DNA from: Veleropilina oligotropha
Taxonomy: Eukaryota
Assembly (NCBI GenBank): GCA_048128005.1
Contig: JBEUKZ010000080.1
Span: 248,001 to 312,000 of the forward strand
Reading direction: 5' to 3'
Length of the DNA stretch: 64,000 nucleotides
Shown in pieces: positions 1 to 9,367 of this stretch (positions are counted from its first letter, which is position 1; each line of letters starts with the position of its first letter). Below the pieces are notes generated by a model. The model made no database searches. It was not told the DNA's origin and saw nothing but the letters and a program-made list of their open reading frames with translations. A program made the translations under genes and the position numbers.

Positions 1-268
1 TGCTCAGAGCATGCCAGTTGCGCTAATCCCTATTATTTGGCAACTCTACTGAAACTCTTGATGAAACCGCCATTCTCGCTAGTAATTAAACAATAGACGT
101 TTTCATAGCATTTATTCCCAATTAATTTGCTTTATTAGCTCTATTGACATCTAATTCTTTGTGAACTACAGGCCTACATCAAAATAGATCGCAACGTTGA
201 TTCGAAAATTATCTTCGTATTCAATAGTAGAAATTTAAATATCTGGTGCGAGATTATTTTGTAACGCA
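1..268. repeat. Dispersed repeat; uninterrupted (empty-site) inverted homolog of 41303-41430 + 44696-44833
   Basis: Its reverse complement matches both flanks of the Gypsy at 41431-44690 (e.g. ttagctctattgacatctaattctttgtgaactac). Confidence 0.85.
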
Positions 269-723
269 ATATAAAGAGATCTGAAAGTCGGAAAACACTC
301 GTATATTTCCGTAAATAGTTCCCGAAATTACTGCGCGACATCTATCAACACAAAAGCACGCTTCAATGTTTCAACAAAAGAACGTTGAGTGCTTGTGGTA
401 AACGGCGTATCAAACGAATATTTTGACAATAATCTTCATGCTCTATCGCGTTCTATCTACACAATTAATGTTGAGGTATATTGTTACAGCATCAACTGTA
501 TTTGACGAGTTGACGACTTATTAAACGAGTTCCGTTTACCGACTTCAACACTTATGCGGATAAGAAATAACATTGCGAAAATAGCTTTGAGGGAGAAATC
601 AAGATATTCCGGTAGGAATTTGTCATTTCGGGAGATTTCTGTCATTTCGGGAGTAGGCCATTTTGGGGGTGCCGATTTCGGGAGAATTATACTCCCGGCG
701 GGAGGTATCACATGTATGCATAT

Positions 724-1143
724 CAGGGTTCGATTTAGCATTTTAAATCCAGGAGCCCATGGGGCTCCTAGCATTTCAAATCTAGGAGCCCACACTAATT
801 TTCAGGAGCCCTTCTAATATTATGCTCGTGCTATTTATACAACATCCATTTTATCTCCCATAAAAGATATGAAAGGAACTCACTATGGATTCCACGTAAT
901 ATCTCAAAACAAATGTTATATAATCATTATAAACTTCCTTCTTGACTCAGTTTGTCAGTCTTTTATGCTGAAAATTTGTAATATTTTATTATCCTGTTTA
1001 TTACATATTCAGATTCTTCTAAATCCTATGAAGTGCTTACAAATGTATAGGAGCCAGCAGGACTACCTCACCATAGAATCTAGGAGCCCCATGCCATTTC
1101 TAGGAGCCTGGGGCTCCAGGACTACCATATAAATCGAGCCCTG
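724..1143. mobile_element. Non-autonomous TIR element (MITE, hAT-like CAG termini)
   Basis: TIRs cagggttcgattta / taaatcgagccctg; catat on both sides (719-723, 1144-1148); subterminal ggagccc repeats. Confidence 0.75.
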
Positions 1144-1304
1144 CATATCTACAATAAAATTATGATAAAGAGAGCACAGGGTTGCCTATATAGTATCATT
1201 GAAAAACTTTAACTTTCACTGCGGACGGACGGACAGACGACCGGATGGGCGGATGTACATCATCATTCCATAGGGTCACATCTGCGTTGCATGCGAGCAA
1301 AAAA
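1144..1304 (+). mobile_element. 3' end of Helentron/HINE-like non-autonomous repeat
   Basis: (ggac)n microsatellite, degenerate terminal hairpin and A-tract; same family as 28541-28636 and 37690-37815. Confidence 0.6.
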
Positions 1305-1531
1305 AGAGGTTTTTAAGTAAACCTAGTATTAGTTAGAATATACTTACGTCATTACCTATGCCATAATAGCCCTATTATCGCTAAACCGGAAACTGTGAAA
1401 AAGCGTTTCACTTTCATTTAAACTTACACGCTTACCCCCCCTGCTCTCCTCTCTAGCGTTCCTCCCACGAGATCTGCCCAAGTCTCGCGAGACCTCAGAG
1501 ACCAAGACAGATCTGGTATCCTTTTTAAGTC
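1305..1531. repeat. DIRS copy 1 3' ITR with terminal extension
   Basis: About 1345-1531 is the reverse complement of about 8596-8782; the outer ends differ, as is typical of DIRS1. Confidence 0.92.
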
Positions 1532-1608
1532 AGAGGAATCTGCTGTGCGTAGAGGAACTTAGCAAGAGGGGTTGGATGCGAATCCCATGAGCAGGGCGGG
1601 TAGACGTG

Positions 1609-1696
1609 TAATGACGTAAGTATATTCTAACTAATACTAGGTTTACTTAAAAACCTCTTATTAGTAGCAATATACTCTACGTCATTACCTATGCCA
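1609..1696. other. DIRS copy 1 internal complementary region (ICR)
   Basis: ...tacttaaaaacctct|tattagtagcaatatactctacgtc...: the first half is complementary to the end at 1305, the second to the end at 8801, spelling the circle junction. Confidence 0.95.
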
Positions 1697-1756
1697 GAAT
1701 AACTTTGGACGGTGGGCTAAGTTCTAACGAAATTAATACCCAAACAAGTTACTTAC

Positions 1757-2047
1757 TTGTCACCATGGAGACAGCTATTATCGCCGACTCGCGTCCGCTC
1801 AGGATGGAATTACTGAGTATTACAATTCTACCCTTACCCCGACAGAATTTTGACCAATGAACCTGGGAAAAAACGCCAGAGGTGTTAGTCGGACAAGGTG
1901 ACGCGAAAGTGCAATCAGCCCCAGGCAAGGCCGGAGGATAAATCCTGTAGGACTTAGATGTCATGGACCGAAGCAGGTTTTAGTAAATCCTGGGCGTCGA
2001 GGCCGGTAACCAAAAGATGCAGTCAACTTGCGACAAACATACAGTAC
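1757..2047 (-). ncRNA. Conserved structured non-coding segment of DIRS 3' region, bounded by splice-like sites
   Basis: Conserved at 20458-20748 and 62774-63064; stops in all three sense frames; compensatory stem changes. Confidence 0.55.
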
Positions 2048-2504
2048 CTGAAAAGGTTGTGAATGTAACCAGTTATGCAATAATTAATAGATATAAGTAA
2101 TATATACACGTACATATTATATTCCATATTAATCATAAATTCGCTTGACCAAATAGCGAAATGCAAACATGTCCCCATGTTACTTAAAGAATATTTAAAG
2201 ATTGAATGATATTAAATTTTTCAAATGTCGCAACACCGTAAGTTCATAACAGCAAATGAACTTCAATAATATCAAAATCTGAAAACCCCTTTTAAGATTT
2301 AGCATTATAAATGTCTACTTTCAATGTGAGTGGCATGTGTCATGTGAACTCAGATCTGACAATTTAGTCTCAGTCCATAAATAGAAATATTGGACTGCAG
2401 ACAACACAATGAATAACAACACTAAGTGCTAGCAAGCTACACAATAGAGTTGCACATAAATGCGGAGTGACTGTATAATTACAATTAATTGTTTACAATA
2501 CCTG

Positions 2505-5441
2505 TCACCGTGTATTTAACCTGGATGTCCTGGTAATGCAGTGTTGCGCCGCAACACATTGAACGCTGGACAAACCGTCCGCACCAGTCGAGAAATCGCG
2601 TAAATAATGTTTGACAAATACGTTCGGGTTTCTCCAATACCCTGCTTGTAGCAGGGAGGTAATATTCAGACAATGTCTAAATGCCAGGCTTGTCGATATC
2701 GCTCTTGTTTCATGGGCACGGACCGCAATAAGGTTGCGGTCAGCTTCGTTGGAATTAGAGTAAATCTGCTGAACCGTCCGACATATCCATCTCGAGATAG
2801 TATTCTTCGATACATCGCGGGTGAAATTTGGCAAATACGAAATAAATAAGCGTTTTTTGCCACGACGGAAGTCACGTGTTCGGTCCAGATAGTAGCGAAG
2901 CGCGCGCACCGGGCAGTTGAGTCGATCGATATCATTTCTACCGACAATAGAAAGCGTAGGAATAACGACTTCTGGAGCAATATCGCCTGGCCGCTGGTTT
3001 TTAGCAATAAATCCTAATATAGGACGTAAAATGACCGATCCGTCAGACTGGAATCTAATATCACGGAGCTCTGCTGAGAAGCTGTGTATCTCAGAAACCC
3101 TTTTGCCCGACGCAAACGCAATTAGAAATACGGTTTTGTAAGTAAGGTTACGTATGGAAGCATTACGTAACGGCTCAAACGGGCTTTCTAGCAGAGCATT
3201 AAGTATAAGGATAATATTCCATGCTGGCGGCCGCGCCAGAGAAATCGGTCTTTCGAGTTCGTAGGACCTGATTAAATCAGAAATAGTGCGGTCTGACGAT
3301 AAGTCAATTCGGGAACGACATTGTTTTAGTGTAGTCGAGATTGAGGCCCGATAACCTTTGACGGCCGAAACAGAAAGTCCTCGTTCGAATAACGACGTAA
3401 TGAACTCGATAAATTTGTTCACAGGGGGACGGAGTATATTAACTTCCCGCCTGTGACACCAATCCACATATTTGACCCATCGGTAGTCATAGACTTTAGA
3501 TGTAGATTGTCTTCGCGATCGGTAAATGCGGAGGGCTGTAGCGCGAGAAAATCCTTTCTCAACAAGCGATCGTTCGATAACCGCCATGCGTGTAAACGAA
3601 GTTCGTTTGGCGACGGGTGTAACACCCGTGAGCGTGGTTGCATTAGCAGGTCCGGCCTTTGCGGTAACGCAAGCGGTCGATCGACGATTAGATCGAGAAG
3701 AGTCGGAAACCAAGACTGCGTGCGATTTAGGGGCGCAATTAGCGTTATCTCGCAGCGGTCTCGCGCTGCCTTCTGTAGTACAAGTCGTAATATGGACGAC
3801 GGGGGGAAGGCGTACGCGATCAGATTCTCCCATGTCATTGACAACGCGTCGACCGCAAGGGCGGCCGGGTCCGGGTACGGGGAGACATACAGAGGGAGTC
3901 GGTGATTGAACTCTGTTGCAAACAGATCGACTTGGGGTTGAGACCACCGGCGGCAAACCTCCCGAGCTACACGGCTGTGTAGCGTCCACTCTGTGTGTAT
4001 AATCTGCGATTTCCGAGAGAGCGAGTCCGCTCGGACGTTCAATATTCCCGGGATGTGTCGTGCTCGTATCGTCGAGTTGAGGGACATCACTAAGCGGTGT
4101 AGGTTGATTGCTCGGTCGCATAGGGGACGCGAGCGAGTGCCGCCCTGGTGTTGAACGTATGCGACGACAGTCGTGTTGTCCGTGGCGAGCAGTATGTGCT
4201 TGTTGCGGAGATGTGACGAGAAGGACCGTACTGTCAGGTAGACCGCTTCTAGTTCTAGATAGTTTATGTGTCGTCCCTGCAGGTCCGTCGGCCAAAGGCC
4301 CGATGTCTCGTGACTGTCGAGGTGACCTCCCCAGCCCTCGTTCGAAGCGTCCGTGTATAGGAAGGCGTTCGGTTCTGGCGGGGAAATGGGAACCGACTGG
4401 CTCGGCAATGCAGGGTTCAGCCACACTGCTGTCGAGTGATTGAACCAATGCCGAAGATCTATACGATCCGTCCACTGTCCCGTCCGTTGCACCCAGCGGT
4501 CCCTGAAGGCCTGCTGTAACGGTCGTTTGTCCATTCGTCCTGTCGGTAGCAGGGGCGCTACCGACTCGATGTGCCCCAGGACAGTGGCCAGTTGTCGCGC
4601 CGTGGCTATCTCCGATGACCTTGTGTCCTGGATAACTGCGCGTAGGTTCACGATACGTTTCTCGGTCGGCTTCGCGGTGTACCGGACCGTGTCGAAGACG
4701 ACTCCGAGGAACGTAAACGTCGTCGAGGGCACGAAGCAGGATTTCTCGTTGTTGATCTGTAATCCTAGGCGCTTCGCCGATGACAGGGTAACGCTCATAG
4801 ACTGGAGGCACCGATCCCGGGACGCCCCGAGAATCAACCAGTCGTCGAGATACATGTGTACTCTGTGCCCTAGCGAGTGTAGGAAGGCCCCGAGGGCCTG
4901 TACTACCCGCGTGAAGACGTAGGGGGCTGACGATAGACCGAACGGTAGGCACCTGAATTGGTAGATCGTCCCCCCGTGTATAAACCTGAGGTACTGATGA
5001 GCCGAGGCATGCATCGGAACGTGTAAGTACGCATCTGTCAGGTCGATAGACGCTGCCCAGTCGCCCGGACGGATGGCCGCTCGTATCTTCGAGAGTGTTT
5101 CTTGCTGGAACTTCTCGGTACGCAAATAGCGGTTGAGGTGCGAGAGATCGAGGATCGGTCTCCAGCGGCCATCGGGTTTCGGGACCAGGAAGAAATGGCT
5201 GTAAAATCCTGGTGTGCTGGGCGGCGCGGGATAGATGGCTCTTTTTAAGAGTAAGTCCCGCACTGCCTGGTCTAAGACCGCTTGCTTCTCTCCTTGAAGG
5301 AGGCGAGCGTGTCTTGGTGGTGGTGTCACGGATAGGGTTGGATGCCGGTTGAAACTCAACTTGTATCCAGCACTCACGACTGAGTGGACCCAGCTGCTGT
5401 CTGTTAACTCTAGCCACGTCTGGCTGTAGCCTAACAGGCAC
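2505..5441 (-). CDS. DIRS ORF3 tyrosine recombinase (YR domain from about 3587; long 5' extension overlapping pol)
   Basis: Catalytic motifs ASGKRVSE, AHETR, GYW, KHY; CPVRAL box. Confidence 0.93.
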   Translation of the reverse strand: MPVRLQPDVARVNRQQLGPLSRECWIQVEFQPASNPIRDTTTKTRSPPSRREASGLRPGSAGLTLKKSHLSRAAQHTRILQPFLPGPETRWPLETDPRSLAPQPLFAYREVPARNTLEDTSGHPSGRLGSVYRPDRCVLTRSDACLGSSVPQVYTRGDDLPIQVPTVRSIVSPLRLHAGSTGPRGLPTLARAQSTHVSRRLVDSRGVPGSVPPVYERYPVIGEAPRITDQQREILLRALDDVYVPRSRLRHGPVHREADRETYREPTRSYPGHKVIGDSHGATTGHCPGAHRVGSAPATDRTNGQTTVTAGLQGPLGATDGTVDGSYRSSALVQSLDSSVAEPCIAEPVGSHFPARTERLPIHGRFERGLGRSPRQSRDIGPLADGPAGTTHKLSRTRSGLPDSTVLLVTSPQQAHTARHGQHDCRRIRSTPGRHSLASPMRPSNQPTPLSDVPQLDDTSTTHPGNIERPSGLALSEIADYTHRVDATQPCSSGGLPPVVSTPSRSVCNRVQSPTPSVCLPVPGPGRPCGRRVVNDMGESDRVRLPPVVHITTCTTEGSARPLRDNANCAPKSHAVLVSDSSRSNRRSTACVTAKAGPANATTLTGVTPVAKRTSFTRMAVIERSLVEKGFSRATALRIYRSRRQSTSKVYDYRWVKYVDWCHRREVNILRPPVNKFIEFITSLFERGLSVSAVKGYRASISTTLKQCRSRIDLSSDRTISDLIRSYELERPISLARPPAWNIILILNALLESPFEPLRNASIRNLTYKTVFLIAFASGKRVSEIHSFSAELRDIRFQSDGSVILRPILGFIAKNQRPGDIAPEVVIPTLSIVGRNDIDRLNCPVRALRYYLDRTRDFRRGKKRLFISYLPNFTRDVSKNTISRWICRTVQQIYSNSNEADRNLIAVRAHETRAISTSLAFRHCLNITSLLQAGYWRNPNVFVKHYLRDFSTGADGLSSVQCVAAQHCITRTSRLNTR

Positions 5442-5599
5442 GCTCCCACCGGCGGGAGCGCGCAGCTGAGCACGTCGCGAGTGCCGGCAACCCTAGGGCC
5501 GTGACGGCTTCCCTCTCCCGCTCTGACGGGATTTAGTTGGAGGGCCTTTTTTCTCGCTGGATTTCCGGGCCGGAGGCCCACCCCGAGAAGGTCTGGCAC
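3419..5599 (-). CDS. DIRS ORF2: reverse transcriptase, RNase H and Dam-like N6-adenine methyltransferase domain
   Basis: IDLTDAY, LPFGL, YLDD; YTDAS..GWG, INYLEL, TDN; VDLFA...DAL...YAFPP; no ATG at the frame start. Confidence 0.95.
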   Translation of the reverse strand: MPDLLGVGLRPGNPARKKALQLNPVRAGEGSRHGPRVAGTRDVLSCALPPVGACLLGYSQTWLELTDSSWVHSVVSAGYKLSFNRHPTLSVTPPPRHARLLQGEKQAVLDQAVRDLLLKRAIYPAPPSTPGFYSHFFLVPKPDGRWRPILDLSHLNRYLRTEKFQQETLSKIRAAIRPGDWAASIDLTDAYLHVPMHASAHQYLRFIHGGTIYQFRCLPFGLSSAPYVFTRVVQALGAFLHSLGHRVHMYLDDWLILGASRDRCLQSMSVTLSSAKRLGLQINNEKSCFVPSTTFTFLGVVFDTVRYTAKPTEKRIVNLRAVIQDTRSSEIATARQLATVLGHIESVAPLLPTGRMDKRPLQQAFRDRWVQRTGQWTDRIDLRHWFNHSTAVWLNPALPSQSVPISPPEPNAFLYTDASNEGWGGHLDSHETSGLWPTDLQGRHINYLELEAVYLTVRSFSSHLRNKHILLATDNTTVVAYVQHQGGTRSRPLCDRAINLHRLVMSLNSTIRARHIPGILNVRADSLSRKSQIIHTEWTLHSRVAREVCRRWSQPQVDLFATEFNHRLPLYVSPYPDPAALAVDALSMTWENLIAYAFPPSSILRLVLQKAARDRCEITLIAPLNRTQSWFPTLLDLIVDRPLALPQRPDLLMQPRSRVLHPSPNELRLHAWRLSNDRLLRKDFLALQPSAFTDREDNLHLKSMTTDGSNMWIGVTGGKLIYSVPL

Positions 5600-7745
5600 G
5601 CTTGGAAGCTTTCGCGCCCCGAGTCGGGGCCGAACGCTTCCTTGAGGGGGCAGGTTGAGTACCCCGAGGGGTAGTCAATACTGCGCGCTCAATCGCACGA
5701 TCTTTCAGCTCAACGGCTCTCTTGTCGACGAATTCGGTGAACTCGCCTCCGAAGAGAGTCGGGGCCGACAAGGGCACACATCGCAGAGAACGCCGGGTGG
5801 CGTCATCTAACGATGTACCCTCAAGGCAGGCGTCCCTACGAAGTAGGAGCGCATTGCCCAAGACACGCGCGGACTCCAACGCGTTGTTCTCCGTTGCGGC
5901 AGCAACCTCGTGGAGGAAGGACAGGGCGGTCTCGCGAGCGCCGGGTCGGTCCTCCTGTAGAACGGCTATCGCACCGTCCAGGAACGAGTCCTGAACAGAC
6001 GACAGCCGCAGAGCTCGTCGGGCACAGCTCTCGAAGGCATCCATGGCGGCCCATGGTACCTTCGCTACCGAGGGAGCTTGACTGGCAGACAGACGACGCA
6101 TCGCTACGTCAATCTGTGCTGGCTCAGCCACCAGGCACGGCTCAGAAAGCGCGATCGGCAACGGTCGCGAACTAGGCCGGAGGTATCTTCCTCTACGGAG
6201 GCCCCGAGGGAACTCCGTGAGAGAAGACGTCTCCACTGTCTTGCCTCCCTGAATGGCCCGGGTGGTCTGATCCAGAACCAGATCCACCAAGCCAGACTGG
6301 GGGAGTACGGGAAGCTGGGGAGCCTCCGACTCAGCAAAACGGTGTGCTGCCGTCCTGTGCTTGATCATACCTACCGGACGAGCCGGGTCGGGTAGATCTA
6401 GCACCCCGCGAAGCGACGCGACGGCGTCGTGTCTTCGGCGGGTGGCGGAGATCGGCTCCTGCAAGCCTGATTGACTACGAGAGTCATCGGGACCGACCGA
6501 TTCAAGAAGATCGGAGCGATCGGAGGGGACGTCCTCGTCGGAACGAGGGTCGACCTCCATCACCGAGGCAGGAGCCGTGCTCTGGGCCACGAGCAGAGGA
6601 GCAGAGACCTGGGGCGGCTGAACAGCCGGTAGCCAGGCCCTACTGCGGGCCTCGAATTCCGCCGCAATCAATGCATGGACGCTCTCCAAAGAGAGACCAA
6701 CAGGCAAGACGGGCGTCGATCCAACAGCCAGTGGATCGCTCGAGGACATCGTGGCGCATGGTAGACGGGCTGCTGGGCCAGATTGATATGAGAACCAGGG
6801 TCTCACATCACCTGACGAGCGGGTACTCCCGGAGAACGGGCCAAAAGGCGTGTTAACCGGAGCGCGACTCCCGAAAGACTGCGGCCACAGTCCCGTGGGG
6901 GTCGCCGCTCTGTTCAAGGGGTAGACGGGGGAAGCTCCCGCGTACATACCCATCCCGAACGCAGCCGGTCCGTCCGCGCCAACTAGTCCGAGCCCAAAGG
7001 GGTCAGGGGAGTTGGCGGGTCCTCCGACAAGACTGGGAGCTCCGAGGTGTAAGGACGAACCCTGGGGAGGGTCGGTCGCACCATCGGCCAGTGAGTCGGG
7101 TGTCGTTGGTGGTCCGGATCTTAAACCACCTTGGTGGTGTCCGGCAACTATTCCAACTTGCTCTGCCGTCCGCAGTATGCTCGGCATACCACTTGTGACA
7201 GAAGGACTAGCCGTCCCCTGCTCTTCCGAGGCCGAAAGAGAGGAAGGGGATAGCCTGCCCTGCTCAGCTGTTCGCTGTAAGGTCCGGTGTACCATGCTAG
7301 CCGGCATGGCACTAGTGGACGCAGCTACTAGGCCCGTAGTACGAGGAGAAACGGTCAGCACTCGGGCTCCTCTTACCTGGTCTTGAACCTGGGACGCCGG
7401 CGAGGTTTCCACGGTTTTCCCCAAAACCGTAGCGGTTTCGTCGGCGGGTCCTGCAACCTGCGATGCCCCAGTTCGCTGGTCGCTTCGCGTCCCTGAAACA
7501 GACGATATATCAGAAGTTAGCCCTGACTTACCCGTCGCCTGTTTCTCCGGGGGAAGCCCAACAGAGACGGACTCCCTGGTAGCCTTCGTCCCTGGTGGGT
7601 AGATGAGTGCCCACTGCCGATCCGTTAAAAGTAGACATTTAGCACAGGGGTATCTCTTAGCACAACTACGGTGTATGCGACATACCGAATGCTTGTCGAA
7701 GCTGTGTATCTTTTGGTTACACTCAGGCTCACTGCAACGGACCAT
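5493..7745 (-). CDS. DIRS ORF1 gag-like protein
   Basis: 750 aa, ATG start, N-terminal Cys/His cluster (CSEPEC...HSVC..H..C....PCAKC), basic C-terminus, upstream of pol. Confidence 0.88.
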   Translation of the reverse strand: MVRCSEPECNQKIHSFDKHSVCRIHRSCAKRYPCAKCLLLTDRQWALIYPPGTKATRESVSVGLPPEKQATGKSGLTSDISSVSGTRSDQRTGASQVAGPADETATVLGKTVETSPASQVQDQVRGARVLTVSPRTTGLVAASTSAMPASMVHRTLQRTAEQGRLSPSSLSASEEQGTASPSVTSGMPSILRTAEQVGIVAGHHQGGLRSGPPTTPDSLADGATDPPQGSSLHLGAPSLVGGPANSPDPFGLGLVGADGPAAFGMGMYAGASPVYPLNRAATPTGLWPQSFGSRAPVNTPFGPFSGSTRSSGDVRPWFSYQSGPAARLPCATMSSSDPLAVGSTPVLPVGLSLESVHALIAAEFEARSRAWLPAVQPPQVSAPLLVAQSTAPASVMEVDPRSDEDVPSDRSDLLESVGPDDSRSQSGLQEPISATRRRHDAVASLRGVLDLPDPARPVGMIKHRTAAHRFAESEAPQLPVLPQSGLVDLVLDQTTRAIQGGKTVETSSLTEFPRGLRRGRYLRPSSRPLPIALSEPCLVAEPAQIDVAMRRLSASQAPSVAKVPWAAMDAFESCARRALRLSSVQDSFLDGAIAVLQEDRPGARETALSFLHEVAAATENNALESARVLGNALLLRRDACLEGTSLDDATRRSLRCVPLSAPTLFGGEFTEFVDKRAVELKDRAIERAVLTTPRGTQPAPSRKRSAPTRGAKASKRARPSRGGPPARKSSEKKGPPTKSRQSGRGKPSRP

Positions 7746-8595
7746 AGCTGTTACACGGGTAGGAAAGGTAGTGGGAACCGGGAAATTTAGGGATATCCGG
7801 GTAGTACGCTACGTGTTAAACTACTACACCTTATATAGGGGTCTCTAATCCGAGTATAAAGGAAAAGACCGGATATTGACCCTAAATGTTATGAATCACA
7901 CTTCGGTACAACCGAAGAACAGACAATTAACCCGACTAGAATATAAACCAAGCCCGACGTACAAGCTTTATTAAAACGGCTTGTCGGACACTAACAATTG
8001 AATGCAGGCGGATATATATAGATAGTAGGAGGCTATATATAGAAACAGCCGCCTATAAACACCTGAAAACCTCGTGGATGTTGATTTCAATAGGTTAGAG
8101 CGTTGGCGAAATATCCCAGATTCGGCAGATAGGCTAAATAACGCACGTTAATACCTAAATATCTGCCTTGTTAGCGACGCTAAATTCGATTGAACAAAGT
8201 TACTAAGAATTTAAGCAAGATACGCCGCTAAGGAATTATCCAATATATATATGAATTACATTAAGCAATTTCAAGCAATATTAGAACTCAAACACTTCCT
8301 GCTGTGAAAGGATTCGCCTATGCGAAGCTTTCCTGCTTGAAGAACGTTCCCTCCTGAGCGGCCCTCTTTAGATCTTTATAAATCCAAGATGGCGGGCCGA
8401 AACCTCGTGGCCAGAATCTCACAACATTTTAAATCTGTTTAACTCGGCCTAATACTCCGAACACAGTTAAATACTTCTTTTAGTTCATATATCATATGAA
8501 CGGCACAATATTGTGCGAAAGAAACTTGTTTTAAAAGTAACTTCTAATAGTCTATGTTTGACAAGACTGAAGCACGTCCGGACAGACTGACGGAA

Positions 8596-8801
8596 GACTT
8601 AAAAAGGATACCAGATCTGTCTTGGTCTCTGAGGTCTCGCGAGACTTGGGCAGATCTCGTGGGAGGAACGCTAGAGAGGAGAGCAGGGGGGGTAAGCGTG
8701 TAAGTTTAAATGAAAGTGAAACGCTTTTTCACAGTTTCCGGTTTAGCGATAATAGGGCTATTATGGCATAGGTAATGACGTAGAGTATATTGCTACTAAT
8801 A
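8596..8801. repeat. DIRS copy 1 5' ITR
   Basis: Reverse complement of the left ITR; ends ...tattgctactaata, matching the ICR. Confidence 0.92.
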
Positions 8802-9367
8802 TTGAAAGCATGCAAGAGATTGAGAAACAAATTTCAACATTTAATGTTATAAAATTTTCCAAGTTAAAATCTCACAACTTCTTTTTTTGTGATTAAATAA
8901 ATTTAATTTACCTTAAATGATACTGTCTGGTGCAATAGGGTATTGAATAAACATATCTAATGTTCAAAGATGCTAAAAAGTTTCAATGTCAGATAATATA
9001 GCATCGTTGAAAAACTTGAACCAAAAACTTGAACAACATATTTCTAAGTTCAGTTCTAAGTAGCACTTTGAGGTAAAATTTGATTTAAATAACAATGCAT
9101 GCTACTGTTATAGTGTCGGGCAACATTGGAGTAGCCATATATCATATAAAACGATGATAAAAAGTGCACATGTTTGCCTATATAGCATTATTGAAAAACT
9201 TTAACATTCAAAATTTCTACGTCCAAAAGCAGCATTTTGAAGCAAAATTTTATTTAAATTACATTCAATATTACTAGTGTAGTGTTGTGCAACATGGGAA
9301 TAGACATATCTACAATAATATTATGATAAAGAGAGCACAGGGTTGCCTATATAGCACGATTGAAAAA
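8802..9367 (+). mobile_element. Helentron/HINE-like repeat, 5' part (continues at 28541-28636 after DIRS copy 2)
   Basis: Degenerate internal units; joined to 28541+ it matches the uninterrupted copy at about 37240-37815. Confidence 0.7.

Larger units (their letters stand above)
1305..8801 (-). mobile_element. DIRS1-like tyrosine-recombinase retrotransposon, apparently intact (copy 1)
   Basis: Inverted terminal repeats, ICR, open gag, RT/RH/MT and YR ORFs, no clear TSD. Confidence 0.97.

Noticed and set aside
1749..1964. 71-aa ORF shared by DIRS copies 1 and 2
   Set aside because: Copy 3 has indels relative to it and no equivalent ORF; the pattern fits RNA-level conservation
2505..3587. Phage integrase or bacterial contamination
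   Set aside because: The YR sits within canonical DIRS1 architecture (ITR, ICR, RT)
3453..7386. Plus-strand ORFs antisense to DIRS genes
   Set aside because: Expected shadow ORFs in GC-rich coding DNA
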